Of a stretch of 64,000 bases of DNA, positions 53,659 to 64,000 are shown piece after piece. The notes under the pieces were generated by a model. It had not been told where the DNA came from, made no database searches, and saw nothing but the letters and a program-made list of their open reading frames with translations. How positions within the stretch are numbered: position 1 is the first letter of the stretch; every line of letters begins with the position of its first letter. Made by a program: the position numbers and the translations under genes. Source of the DNA: Dictyostelium discoideum (Eukaryota); assembly GCA_000004695.1 (NCBI GenBank), contig CM000154.2, positions 1,472,001-1,536,000 on the forward strand. The letters are read 5' to 3'.

Positions 53659-54324
53659 ATGAAAACTAAAACGTGTAAAAATTTAATTTCAAACGAACAA
53701 ATCCAAGAAGTACAAGAAGTTTATGATACTTTTAAATGTAGAAATGGTAAGATTATATTCAATTACTCTACCCTCTTTATTGGTCCATTTTTTCATTTTA
53801 TTTTATTTTTTTTTATACTAACACCCCCTATTCATCTGATTATATATATATAGGAGAAATGGATAAAATTAATATACAATATGGATTTAGAGCGTTAGGT
53901 GTTAGATTAGGAGAAGAAGAGGTTGAAAAGATATTTAAAAATCAACAATACATTAATTTTAATTCATTTTTAGATATTGTTACACCATTAATCGTAAGAA
54001 TTGTTATCACTACATCATTAATCAATTGCTTCGTTCACTCACTCATTCATTGATTCATTGATTCATTGATTCATTGATTCATTCATATATTAATATTTTT
54101 TTTTGGATATAATTATGTTACATAGTATAAAATTGATGTCTATGCATCATTTGAACAGGCATTTAGTTTATTTGATAGAGATGGCTCTGGTTATATTACA
54201 TTTGATGATTTAAAAACAGTTGCTATTAATTTAGGTGAAGCAAGATCAGATTCAAAATTGTACAATATGATAAAACGTGCAGATTTAAGTAAGTATTATA
54301 ATCCTTATTTTTTTATTTATATAT

Positions 54325-54355
<31 letters not shown>

Positions 54356-54462
54356 GTCTCTTTATATTTAATTTACTAATAAATAATATAATTTTAGATG
54401 GGGATAAAAAAATTAGTAAAATAGAATTTATCCAATTATTATATTGGAAAAAGATATATTGA
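53659..54462 (+). CDS. Centrin-like EF-hand calcium-binding protein in four exons, about 140 aa
   Basis: The exons are 53659..53746, 53854..53993, 54159..54288 and 54398..54462. The donors are GTAAGA, GTAAGA and GTAAGT. The product is MKTKTCKNLISNEQIQEVQEVYDTFKCRN-G-EMDKINIQYGFRALGVRLGEEEVEKIFKNQQYINFNSFLDIVTPLI / AFSLFDRDGSGYITFDDLKTVAINLGEARSDSKLYNMIKRADL-N-GDKKISKIEFIQLLYWKKIY. EF-hands 3 and 4 are canonical (DRDGSGYITFDD and DLNGDKKISKIE). It aligns with the C-terminal half of centrins. Confidence 0.7.
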
Positions 54463-55196
54463 TTTAGAAAAAAAAAAAAAAAAAAAAAAAAATGAAAAAA
54501 TGAATAGAAAAAGGAAAAAAAGGAAAAAGGAAAAAGAAAAAGGAAAAAAGGAAAATCAATTGTAAATAATATTTTTTCAAATCATATCAAAAAAAAAAAA
54601 AAAAAAAAAGTTAAAAAGAATATTTTAATTAGTTATGGTAAATCAAAATTTTTTTTTTTTTTATTTTTTTTTTTTTTAAAAAAATTCATTTATTGTACAT
54701 ATTTCTCAATACCGATACTATATTACTATTATTATTATTATTATTATTACTATAATAAATAAAAATTTCTGGACGTGACACTTAGCTAAAAATGGAAATT
54801 GAAGTTCATATTAAATTCATTTTTATTTTTATTTTTATTTTTATTTTTATTTTTATTTTTATTTTTATTTTTTTCATTTTGCTTTTTTTTTCAGTTTCAG
54901 GAAAAAAAACTAAAAAAAAATTATTAAATTAAATTAAATTAATTTGTTGCCATCAACAGATTTTTTATTTTTTTTTTATTTTTATTTTTTTTTTCAATTT
55001 ATTTTTTTAATAATAATAATAATAATAATAATGCTTTTATATTTTATTATTTTTTTTTTTCAACTCCTCACAACAAAGGAAGTTTCATATACATATATAA
55101 AATTCCTAAATAAAATAAAATAAAATAAAATAAAATAAAATAAAATAAAATAAAATAAAATAAAATAAATTAAAATAAAAATTAAAATAAAATAAA

Positions 55197-55381
55197 ATGA
55201 TAACAGCGTCAAAATGGTTTTGGAATGGACTTTGGAATTATACCAATCGTGGTTTCGAGAAAAAGAAACAACATTTTAATGAAAATGATTTAAATCAAGA
55301 TATTAGTTCAAAACATTTTATAATAACTGGTGGAAATAATGGTTTAGGCTTTCAAACTTCTTTAGAATTAGCAAGTAAGAA

Positions 55382-55413
<32 letters not shown>

Positions 55414-56361
55414 TTATTATCAAATTAACCAATGTTTTTATTTTTATTTTATTTTTTTTATTTATTTATAGAACTTGGTGGAAATGTTCATATATTATGC
55501 AGAAATCAAGAGAAAGGTGAACAAGCAATAAATGAAATTAAAGATAAATCAAAATCAGATAAAGTTCATCTTCATTTATGTGATGTTTCAATAATTGGTA
55601 GTATAAAATCATTTGTAGATGATTGGAAGAAACAAGGTAATTCAGTGGATGTATTAATTCATAATGCAGGCGTTATGTTACCAAATAGAGAAGAAACCTC
55701 AGAAGGTCATGAAAAAACATTTGCAACCAATTTATTAGGTCCATTTTTATTAACAAAATTATTAATGTGTGATGATAATAATAGTGGTAGTGGTAGTGGT
55801 GAAGGTGCACATAAAAGAGTTATATTCGTATCATCAGGAGGTATGTTAACATCAAAAATGTCAAAAGATTTTGAATTTAAAAAGTTTACAACAAATAAAA
55901 ATTTAAAATGGGATGGTATGAGAGCATATGCTGAAACCAAAAGAGCAATCATTTATTTAACAGAATTATTTAGTCAAAATTATCAATCATTTAATTCATA
56001 TTCAATGCATCCAGGTTGGGGTAAATATAAATACATAAAATTTTATTAAATTTTATTTAACTAATTTTCCCAATTTTTATAATATTATATTATAGTCAAT
56101 ACAACTGGAGTAATGAATGGAATGCCTTTGTTTTATAAAATGACAAAATCACAATTAAGAACATTGGAACAAGGTTGTGATACAATTGTTTGGTTAGCAG
56201 TTTCACCAACGGTTGAAGATCATTCAAAGTATAGTGGTCAATTTTTTGAAGACCGTCAAATTGTTGATAAATTCATACATAATTCTCATACTGAGTCAAG
56301 TCAAGAAGATATAAATTCTTTATGGAATTATTTAAATGAAATATTTTTAAAGAGTTGTTAA
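55197..56361 (+). CDS. Short-chain dehydrogenase/reductase (retinol-dehydrogenase-like) in three exons
   Basis: The exons are 55197..55374, 55472..56020 and 56096..56361. The donors are GTAAGA and GTAAAT. The acceptors are AG at 55470-71 and 56094-95. The cofactor motif is ITGGNNGLGFQTSLELA. LCRNQEKGEQAINEIK, LIHNAGVM, RVIFVSSGG and Y..TKRA form the catalytic YxxxK region. The C-terminus HPGW-V-NTTGVMNGMPLFYKMTKSQLRTLEQGCDTIVWLAVSP...YSGQFFEDRQIV parallels RDH11/12. Confidence 0.8.
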
Positions 56362-56753
56362 TTAAATATTTTTAAAAAATAAAAATAAAATAAAAAATTT
56401 AAAAATACATTAAAGTAACCACACACACACCACATACTCAACCCCCCACAATAATGATTATTTATTAATATAAAAACAATACAAAAAAAATTGAATATTA
56501 TTTTTTATTGGTTTAATTTAATTTTTATTTATTTAATTTATTTATAAAACACACACATAAAAAAAAAAAAAACAGATTGTGTGTTTATTTTTTATTTTAT
56601 TTTTTTTTTTTTATTTTTTTTTTTTTTTATTATTATCATTATTATTTTATTACTATTAGTATTAAAAATAATATAAATTAATTAATGTAATAATAATATT
56701 ATTGCTGAAAAAAAAAAAAAAAATAGTAAAAAATAAAAAAAAAAAATAAAAAA

Positions 56754-57203
56754 ATGTATAATTATAAAATAATATTATTATTAATAATATTTTATAATTT
56801 TTATATGAAAATAAATGGATTAAATACAACAAATGTTGATTATTATCAAATAAAAAGATATGAAAATTCAGATTGTACTGGAGAAGTAATGACATTTTTT
56901 GTATTTTATGAAAGTTTAATATTCTCATCATACCTTTCAATCCAATTCCTATGTGATAATTCCAATAGAGATAATATAACTTGTGCTATGGTATCAGGTT
57001 ATCCTGATGGTCAATCAATTACAAATTTAGAAAATCCAATTCATATCAGTTCAACAGCTTGTTCAAGAGGTTATAAATTATTTTATGAAAAGGAATTTGA
57101 TTATAATGAAAAAAAATATTGTGTAGTTTCTGAATATTCAACGTATGTAATAGATTAAATAAAAAAAAAAAATAAAAAATAAATTATTAATATTTTTTTT
57201 TTC

Positions 57204-57234
<31 letters not shown>

Positions 57235-57692
57235 TAATTTGGGTTTGATTTAAAAGAATGTCATGTGAATATAGACCAATTTTAAATTTTGGAAATATTA
57301 AAAATGTTTGTTTTAAAGGTAAATATTATGAATGTTCAACATTGTCATTTAAGGAACGTACATGTGGTGTATTATTGAATAAAACAATTTATGATAAAGA
57401 ACCAGTGGTTGAAATTGCAACATATGTTTGTATGGGTGATATTAAATATGAAAGATCTGTAGTTGTACATGCTGTTACAATTAAAGGTGCAATTGATCCA
57501 AATATAAAGGGAATTTATGCACCAAATTTAAGACCATCAAATGGTGATTATAGTCTAGATACCGATGACCAAGATTACAATCCTGAATTTTATTATAATA
57601 GTTCATTATCATCATCATTATATCATCAAATACTTTATTTTCCAATCATTGTAATTTTTATAAAATCGACTTTAATTTTATTAATATTTTAA
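56754..57692 (+). CDS. Cysteine-rich putative GPI-anchored surface protein in two exons
   Basis: The exons are 56754..57142 and 57257..57692. The donor is GTATGT at 57143, phase 2. The acceptor is AG at 57255-56. The N-terminus is hydrophobic and signal-like, MYNYKIILLLIIFYNFYMKING. There are many Cys residues. After a Ser-rich stretch (NSSLSSSLY) comes a C-terminal hydrophobic tail ILYFPIIVIFIKSTLILLIF, typical of a GPI attachment signal. Confidence 0.5.
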
Positions 57693-57814
57693 AATAATTA
57701 AATAATAATAATTAATCACTTTATTTGGGAAAAAAAAAAAAAAAAAGAATAAATAAAAAAAAAAAATTCTATTTTTGGTGAGAAATTAAAAATAGCCAAG
57801 ATTTAATCAAAAAC

Positions 57815-57845
<31 letters not shown>

Positions 57846-58777
57846 AAAAAAAAAAAAAAGGTAATAACACATATAATTTAAATCTTTATTTTGTTGAATC
57901 ATTTATTTTTTTTTTAAAAAAGCAATAAAAAAAATGAAAATAAGAAATTTTTTTTTTATTTTTTTTTTATGTATAAAATATATTCCCTACTCGTTGATCT
58001 TCATCTTATAAAAAAAATATCTTCATCTTAACAATTAAAAAAAAAAAAAATAAAATAAAAATTCTAGAATAATGTATATTCGTACACCTAATTATTTTAA
58101 TTTTTTTTTTGGTGTAACCTTTATCATTATTTAAATTTTTTTTATTTTTTAAGATGCAGATATTTTTTAAGATTGGGGACGTCTTTTTTTTTTAATTATT
58201 TTTATTTTTTTTTTTTTTTATATTTTTTTTTTTTTTATTTTTTTTTTTTATGAAAATTTTTATTTTTTTTTTTTATTTTTTTTTTATTTTAGTTGTGGTG
58301 AGACAGTTTGTTTGTTCTTTGTATGTCTATGACCAAAGTTTTTAAAAAAAAATCAATTCAACCACTTCAAAATCTCATCACAAGGGAACAATCAAAAATA
58401 AAATAATATTACGATTTTGTTTTTTTTTTTAAAAAAAAAAAATAAAATAAAATAAAATAAAATAAAATAAAATAAAATAAAATAAAACAAAATAAAAAAA
58501 AAATAAAAAAAATAAAAAATAAAAAATAATAATAATAATAATAAAAATAAGATAATAAAGATAAATCCTTTAATAATTAATTACTTATTTATTTATTTAT
58601 TTATTATTCATTTATTATTATTTTAAAAACCAAGTATTTTTTTTTTTTTTTTTATTCATTTATTTTTTATTTTTTCAATTAATGTATATGCAATTAATTG
58701 CATATACGAAAAAATAATTAAAATTAAATTTATTTCAATAATATCTAAAAATTGTAAAAACAAAAGAAAAAAAAAAT

Positions 58778-60414
58778 ATGGATAGCGATATTGAAAATAT
58801 CAATAGTAATAATAATAATAAAAAAATAGAAAATCATGCAATAATAATAAATAATAATGATGAAAAGAATCAAATAAATAACAATAATAATAATAATAAT
58901 AATCAAACACCAATAAAGGAAAGATCATTTCTATATATTCATAAAATTAATAATGATGTTAGTTATATGAACTTGCTAACAAGTTATATTGGATCATTTT
59001 TAAGTATTTGCTTTTTTGTATTCATAAATGTTGCACAACCTGATATTTTATCATCACTTGGTATTAGTGATGATCAACAAGGTAAATATCATAATTTATT
59101 TAATTTTTTTTTTTTTTTTTTATAAAAAAAGTATATTAATAAATAAATAAATAAATATATATAGGTAGAATTAGTGGTAATTTATCATTTTGTAATGAAA
59201 TAGTTATAGTGGTAGCATCATATACATGGGGTATATTAAGTGATAAAATTGGTAGAAGAGGAGTTTATAGTGCAGGTATGTTTATAATTGGAATTGGTTT
59301 AGCAATTTATCCATTTGCAAATTCAATAGTATGTTTATATATATTTAGAATGATATTTGCAGTTGGTGCTGCATCATGTTCATCAATGTTAAGTGCAGTA
59401 TTGGCTGATTATATACCATTTAGAGATAGAGGTAAAGCAAGTGGATTATTAGGATTTGCAGCTGGAGGTGGAGCAGTATTGGCATCATTGGTTTTAATGA
59501 AGATACCGAATCTAATTAAACAGAATAGCGATCTACCCTCAAGACAATCAACAGAGGTCGTTTATGGGATGACTGCCGCTTTGGCAATCATTGGTTCGGT
59601 ATTGCTGTTCTTTTGCCTACAACGTAAATCAAAGGATATCAAATTGATGTGTAATGAAAAGAAGAATGCATTAAAGATCGCATGGGATGGATTAAAAGCT
59701 GGAAAGAAACCATTGCTTTCATTAGCGTATGGTTCAGGGTTTCTAGCGAGGGGCGACAGTGCTATCGCCACTACGTTCCTCTCATTGTGGATCTACCAAT
59801 ACACTCTATCGATCAATGGTGGTGACAAAACTGCTGCCCTCTCAAAATCAGGCACCATCAGTGGTATCGCTCAAACTTGTGCACTCTTTTTCGCATTGGT
59901 GGCCGGCTTCCTTTGTGATAGAATGAATAGAATCTTTGCAATGGTATTGTTGGCAATGATTGGGTGTGTGGGTTATTTCATGTTGGCATTCAGTGAGAAT
60001 CCATTAACAACTCAGTTCTTTGTTGGTGCTTGTATCATTGGTTGTGCAGAAACTGGAATGGTGGTTTCTTCAACTGCTTTGGTTGCACAGGAATCTCCAA
60101 CTGAACTCAGAGGTTCTGTAAGCGGTTTCTTCTCACAATGTGGTTCAATTGGTATTTTGGTGGCTTCATTATTGGGTGGTATTTTATATGACAAATGGAA
60201 TGGTTATCCATTTGCATTATTTGGTGTATTCAGTGCACTTCTCTCAATTTGGGGTTTAGTAGTTTTCTTTATCACACAATTCAAACAATCACTTGTACCA
60301 AATAGTCCAATCAAAAATTTCTTTAAAAATTTTATTCAAAATAATGATAGGGAATTTAATAATCAAAAACAAATTGATTCTTTAAAAGATCCATTAATTT
60401 CAAATTTATTATAA
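58778..60414 (+). CDS. Major facilitator superfamily transporter in two exons
   Basis: The exons are 58778..59081 and 59165..60414. The donor is GTAAAT. The acceptor is AG at 59163-64. The MFS signature is GILSDKIGRRGV after TM2. There are multiple predicted TM helices (FIIGIGLAIYPF, IFAVGAASCSSMLSAVLADYIPF, ...). A second half follows a central loop. Confidence 0.8.
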
Positions 60415-60523
60415 AAAAAAAAAAAAAAAAAGAAAATAAAAAAAAAAAAAAGGAAAAATAAATCAAAAACAATTTTTTTTTTTTTTTTTGTTTGTTTAAT
60501 ATTATATTACTAAAAATAAAAAA

Positions 60524-62762
60524 ATGAAAATATTTATTAAATTATTTAGTTTAATTAATTTATTTTTTATTAATTTTATTTATTCAAAAGAAGTTTGTAG
60601 TTTAATTGAACCAATTATTGCATTTGGACAAACAGGATGTGAAAATCCAAAAATAGAAATTGGAAATTATAGAGACTATGATGATATCATTTTCGAACCA
60701 AACCCAATTTCCAAATCATTTGAATTACCAAATAATTTTATTGTGGCTTTAGATTTTGGAATAAACTATCGAATTACATTTATAAATGTATTGATAATAT
60801 TTTTAGAAGCTTTCAAACTCATGATGGACCAAGATTTAAAAGTACCAAAGGAGCATGTTCTGAAATTGTCACTACTTATTTTGGTGAAAGTAGAGGTCAA
60901 TATATTGGTCAAAGTGATATAGAATATCCAAAATGTTCTATCCTACCGGTATGGGTAATTTAACAATTTACAATAAAGATACCAAAGAAGTTATTGGGCA
61001 GAGAGTTGAAGATTTAGACTATAATCCAACTAGTGGAAATTTTTCATTTTATTTTGGTAGTCTAATGAGATATTGTTATTTAAAACCAAATGTATTCACC
61101 TTTCATATTGAATTACCAGAACCAGTTGTTACCCTTAGAATAACTTGTAAATTCCAAGATATAGGAGGGATGAGTAGTGGTAAAACTCAAATTGACTCAA
61201 GTGAGCATATTTATAAAATTTTTATTAATGGTGATGAATTATTATATAGTCCTGATCTTATTCTCAGTCTACCATACGGGTACTCAAACTTAACTTTTAT
61301 TTTCGAAGGGATTTGTCAACCACAAACATATATTCATTTCGTTGACTCAAATGATGACTTTGCGTTATCATTTGAAATTGTTAATGTTACTGATTGCTCT
61401 CAATCAAATGGGACCAACTTGAACATTTAGATGTTGAATTTTTAAAAAGTAATAATGATCTACAAAATTATTACCCCAATTCTGAACATTGGTATTTAAA
61501 ATTACCAAGTGGATTTTATAAAATAACAATTGAAAAACTTAATGAAGATGGCTTAAGTTGTTTGGGAAGTTCTATTATTTTAATACCAACAAATTTAGAG
61601 GTACCAAATGTATCTTACACAATAATTAATAAACCAATTTGTAATGAAGACTATAATGGTTCAATATCATTTGAATATGTCACTTTTAGGGATCAAACTA
61701 CAATGGCAATTGGCAATGTTTTTTATTACGGTTATAAAACTATGTTTGAAAATGGTATGGTTATTGGTTTTAATCCTGGTCATTATGTTTTTAGTATTGC
61801 ATCTGGAAGTTGTTCTTGGGCAGTACCAGTTACCATACCAGTGGAACCAATTTCATATACTTATGAAACCCTATGGTATTATAGAAGTGATTTTTGCTCG
61901 ATTGAATTTGGCTATCAATTTAATTTCGATAATTATATGGAAGCTAATGTCAGGGTCCCTTTTTTTAAAGAAGGAAGTTATTGTAAAGGATTATTATCTG
62001 GAAGTACTAGAGAGAGTTTAAATGTTTCATTTATTATTAAAAATGTATGCCAGTTTACATTTCCAGTTTATATTGATGAATCAATTTTTCAACTAGATTT
62101 AAGTTATACAATAGCGAGAACTCCTGTTTGCGATACAGGTGGTGAAACATTTGATATTCAATTTTCAAGATGAAATTTGTTTGGGTAGTAAAAATGGTGA
62201 ACTTTTATTAAATGATGATGAATATAATTACCAGCCATTTGTTTATTCTGATTCTTACTTTAAAGTATTATTACCATTATTAAATTCAGAAGAAAGAAAA
62301 AGAATTACAACAGATTATTGTAGGAGATGGTTCACTAAACTATCTGTTGATATTGGTATTTCAATTTTCTCACTCAATATTTCGTCAAATCCCTATCAAT
62401 CAGTTATTATTCCATCAATTTTAAACTCAACTTATTCAAGTGATTTATTATTTAACTATAATATTACTACACCTTCAAATTTATCTATGCAATTCATTAA
62501 ATCTGGTGTATTAACAATTGATTCATTAAAAGAGAGTGGTCAATATAATTTAACAGTTTCGGATAGCCATTGCATCCAAACTCATAAATTTAGTATTAAC
62601 CAATGTCAATTAGATAATGGTGATGATGGTTCAACAAACATGGGTTTAGCTATTGGTTTACCAATCGGTTTGGTAGCTGCTGGCGCTACTGCTACTGGTG
62701 TTTTCTTTTATAAAACGTGTTGGATCAATAAAAACCAAAGAACTACTTCCCGAGGAACATGA
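60524..62762 (+). pseudogene. Frameshifted member of a tandem type-I membrane protein family. It has a signal peptide, a Cys-containing ectodomain and a C-terminal TM.
   Basis: The homologous reading frame changes at least four times (ORFs 60524.., ~60790.., 60933.., 61394.., 62139.. are in frames 2/1/0/2/0) with no GT..AG introns at the switches. For example, ...NYRITFIN(V) continues in another frame as KCIDNIFRSFQTHDGPRFKSTKGACSEIV..., whereas the downstream paralog reads SYNFQFVKDECVEDEPIITSNGPRFIITDPPCIGSLSTI in one frame. A C-terminal TM segment (GLAIGLPIGLVAAGATATGVFFY) is retained. Confidence 0.45.
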
Positions 62763-63365
62763 AATGGAAACTGTTACTACCTTCCAAGGCGGTCGTTTGG
62801 TTGAACTTGATAAATTTTAATGCGTTTGAACCAAAATAAATTAAAAAAAATAAAAATAAATTAAAAAATGATAAAAAAAAAATATAGTTTGTGTGTGGTT
62901 TGTGAAATTTTTTTTTTCAAAAATTCCAAAATACCAAAAAAGGCTTAGAGTTTAGGAGAAAGAAAAAAGATAAAAAATTAAAAAATCAAAAAATCAAAAA
63001 GGTTTAGAATTAAGTTTAACAAAAAAAAATTATTATAAATACTGATATTTTGAAATTGTTTGAAAAAAAAAAAATATAATTTGATTATAAAAAAATAAAA
63101 TAAAAAAAAAATAAAATAAAAAAATAAATAAAAAAAAAAAAAAAAATCCCAAGCAATTGGGAAAATTTTCAGTTGCTAAAAAATCTATTTATAAATTTTT
63201 TTTTTTATTTTTTTGTTGATTTTCTTTTCTTTTTTTATTTTTTATTTTTTTATTTTTTATTTTTTTTTTTTAAATTTTTTTAATAGAACTTACATTAATC
63301 AACCTTTTTTTTATATATTCTAAATATAAATTTTTATTTTTATTTTTTTTAGGTAAAAAAAAAAA

Positions 63366-64000
63366 ATGAAAATTAAAATTTTTTCATTAATATTATTAGT
63401 TTCAATTTTAATTAATATTAGTAAATCAGAAATTTGTGATATTATAACACCAATATATTATTTTGATGATACAAATTGCGATCCAGATTATTATTCAGTA
63501 GTTAATCCAACAGTGTACATTCAAAATATTAAAGATTATGATTATGTTCTTGTTAGTCCTGAACCAATTTCAAGATCTTACAATGCACCAGACAACTATA
63601 TTGTTGTATTAGATTTTGGTAAAAGTTATAATTTTCAATTTGTTAAAGATGAATGTGTAGAAGATGAACCAATAATAACAAGTAATGGACCAAGATTTAT
63701 AATTACAGACCCACCATGTATTGGATCCTTAAGTACAATAGATTTCATTCCAGATCCAAAAAAGAACGGCATAAACTATACCTTCGCAATGGACAGTGAC
63801 CCAATAACGCTTCCAATTCAACTCGATTCTCCAAATCAATATATAATTGAAGTGTTTTTCGATGGTGTTTCAAAATGTAAAGAACCAATAACATTGAAAG
63901 GTTCAAATAATCCTGGAGTACAACCTAAAATTAAAACAACAAATCCAGTTTGTGGTCAATTAAATGGTGTTATTGAAATTGAAAATTATAATAATTTTAC
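63366..64000 (+). CDS. Intact paralog of the above, 5' part only. It runs off the window end.
   Basis: The ATG is at 63366. The product is MKIKIFSLILLVSILINISKSEICDIITPIYYFDDTNCDPDYY...PISRSYNAPDNYIVVLDFGKSYNFQFVKDECVEDEPIITSNGPRFIITDPPCIGSLSTIDF... The frame is open for 635 nt to the end of the window. It is collinear with MKIFIKLFSLINLFFINFIYSKEVCSLIEPIIAFGQTGCENPKIEIG...PISKSFELPNNFIVALDFGINYRITF of 60524. Confidence 0.55.
   Translation, partial: MKIKIFSLILLVSILINISKSEICDIITPIYYFDDTNCDPDYYSVVNPTVYIQNIKDYDYVLVSPEPISRSYNAPDNYIVVLDFGKSYNFQFVKDECVEDEPIITSNGPRFIITDPPCIGSLSTIDFIPDPKKNGINYTFAMDSDPITLPIQLDSPNQYIIEVFFDGVSKCKEPITLKGSNNPGVQPKIKTTNPVCGQLNGVIEIENYNNF

Noticed and set aside
55432-55471. 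N-terminal MFLFLFYFFYLFI of ORF 55432..56049
   Set aside because: It is intron 1 of the SDR gene read through. The exon starts at 55472.

Overview
This 64 kb window is nuclear DNA from a dictyostelid social amoeba, almost certainly Dictyostelium discoideum or a close relative. The evidence is composition and gene structure: about 75-80% AT, very long A/T homopolymers between genes, in-frame (AAT)n and (CAA)n tracts that encode poly-Asn and poly-Gln, and short GT..AG introns of 80-200 nt with GTAAGT or GTATGT donors. It is not prokaryotic, and there is no CRISPR array and no operon structure.

The window is gene-dense. About 22 protein-coding genes can be supported, most of them conserved housekeeping genes:
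- EF-2, 3' portion only
- acetyl-CoA carboxylase
- a KANSL2/INO80D-like zf-C3Hc3H protein
- U1A snRNP protein
- an ABM-barrel protein
- PRP38
- RNA polymerase III subunit 2
- a TBC-TLDc protein
- Gemin5
- COP1
- a centrin-like EF-hand protein
- a short-chain dehydrogenase/reductase
- a major facilitator superfamily transporter
- several lineage-specific secreted or membrane proteins

The signals most worth a second look are:
1. A 464-aa intein is inserted at the conserved PEG..CGLVKN site of the RNA polymerase III second-largest subunit. I believe a RPC2 intein has been catalogued for D. discoideum, in which case this is confirmation rather than novelty.
2. Two copies of the Dictyostelium Class I RNA 11-nt motif CCTTACAGCAA are present. 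One has an upstream DUSE-like element and a 5'/3' terminal stem.
3. A segmentally duplicated, partly degenerate gene pair lies at roughly 34.5-45 kb. Copy B is interrupted by a 3.3-kb insertion that carries its own genes, including a signal-peptide protein with a GIY-YIG-like motif set. About 2 kb of this region is repeat-rich DNA with a non-LTR reverse-transcriptase fragment, a palindromic motif cluster and a 57-bp tandem repeat.
4. There are tandem paralogous small N-myristoylation-motif genes, and a frameshifted member of a tandem type-I membrane protein family.

All exon coordinates were derived by hand from splice-site consensus and reading-frame continuity, and should be confirmed against cDNA.
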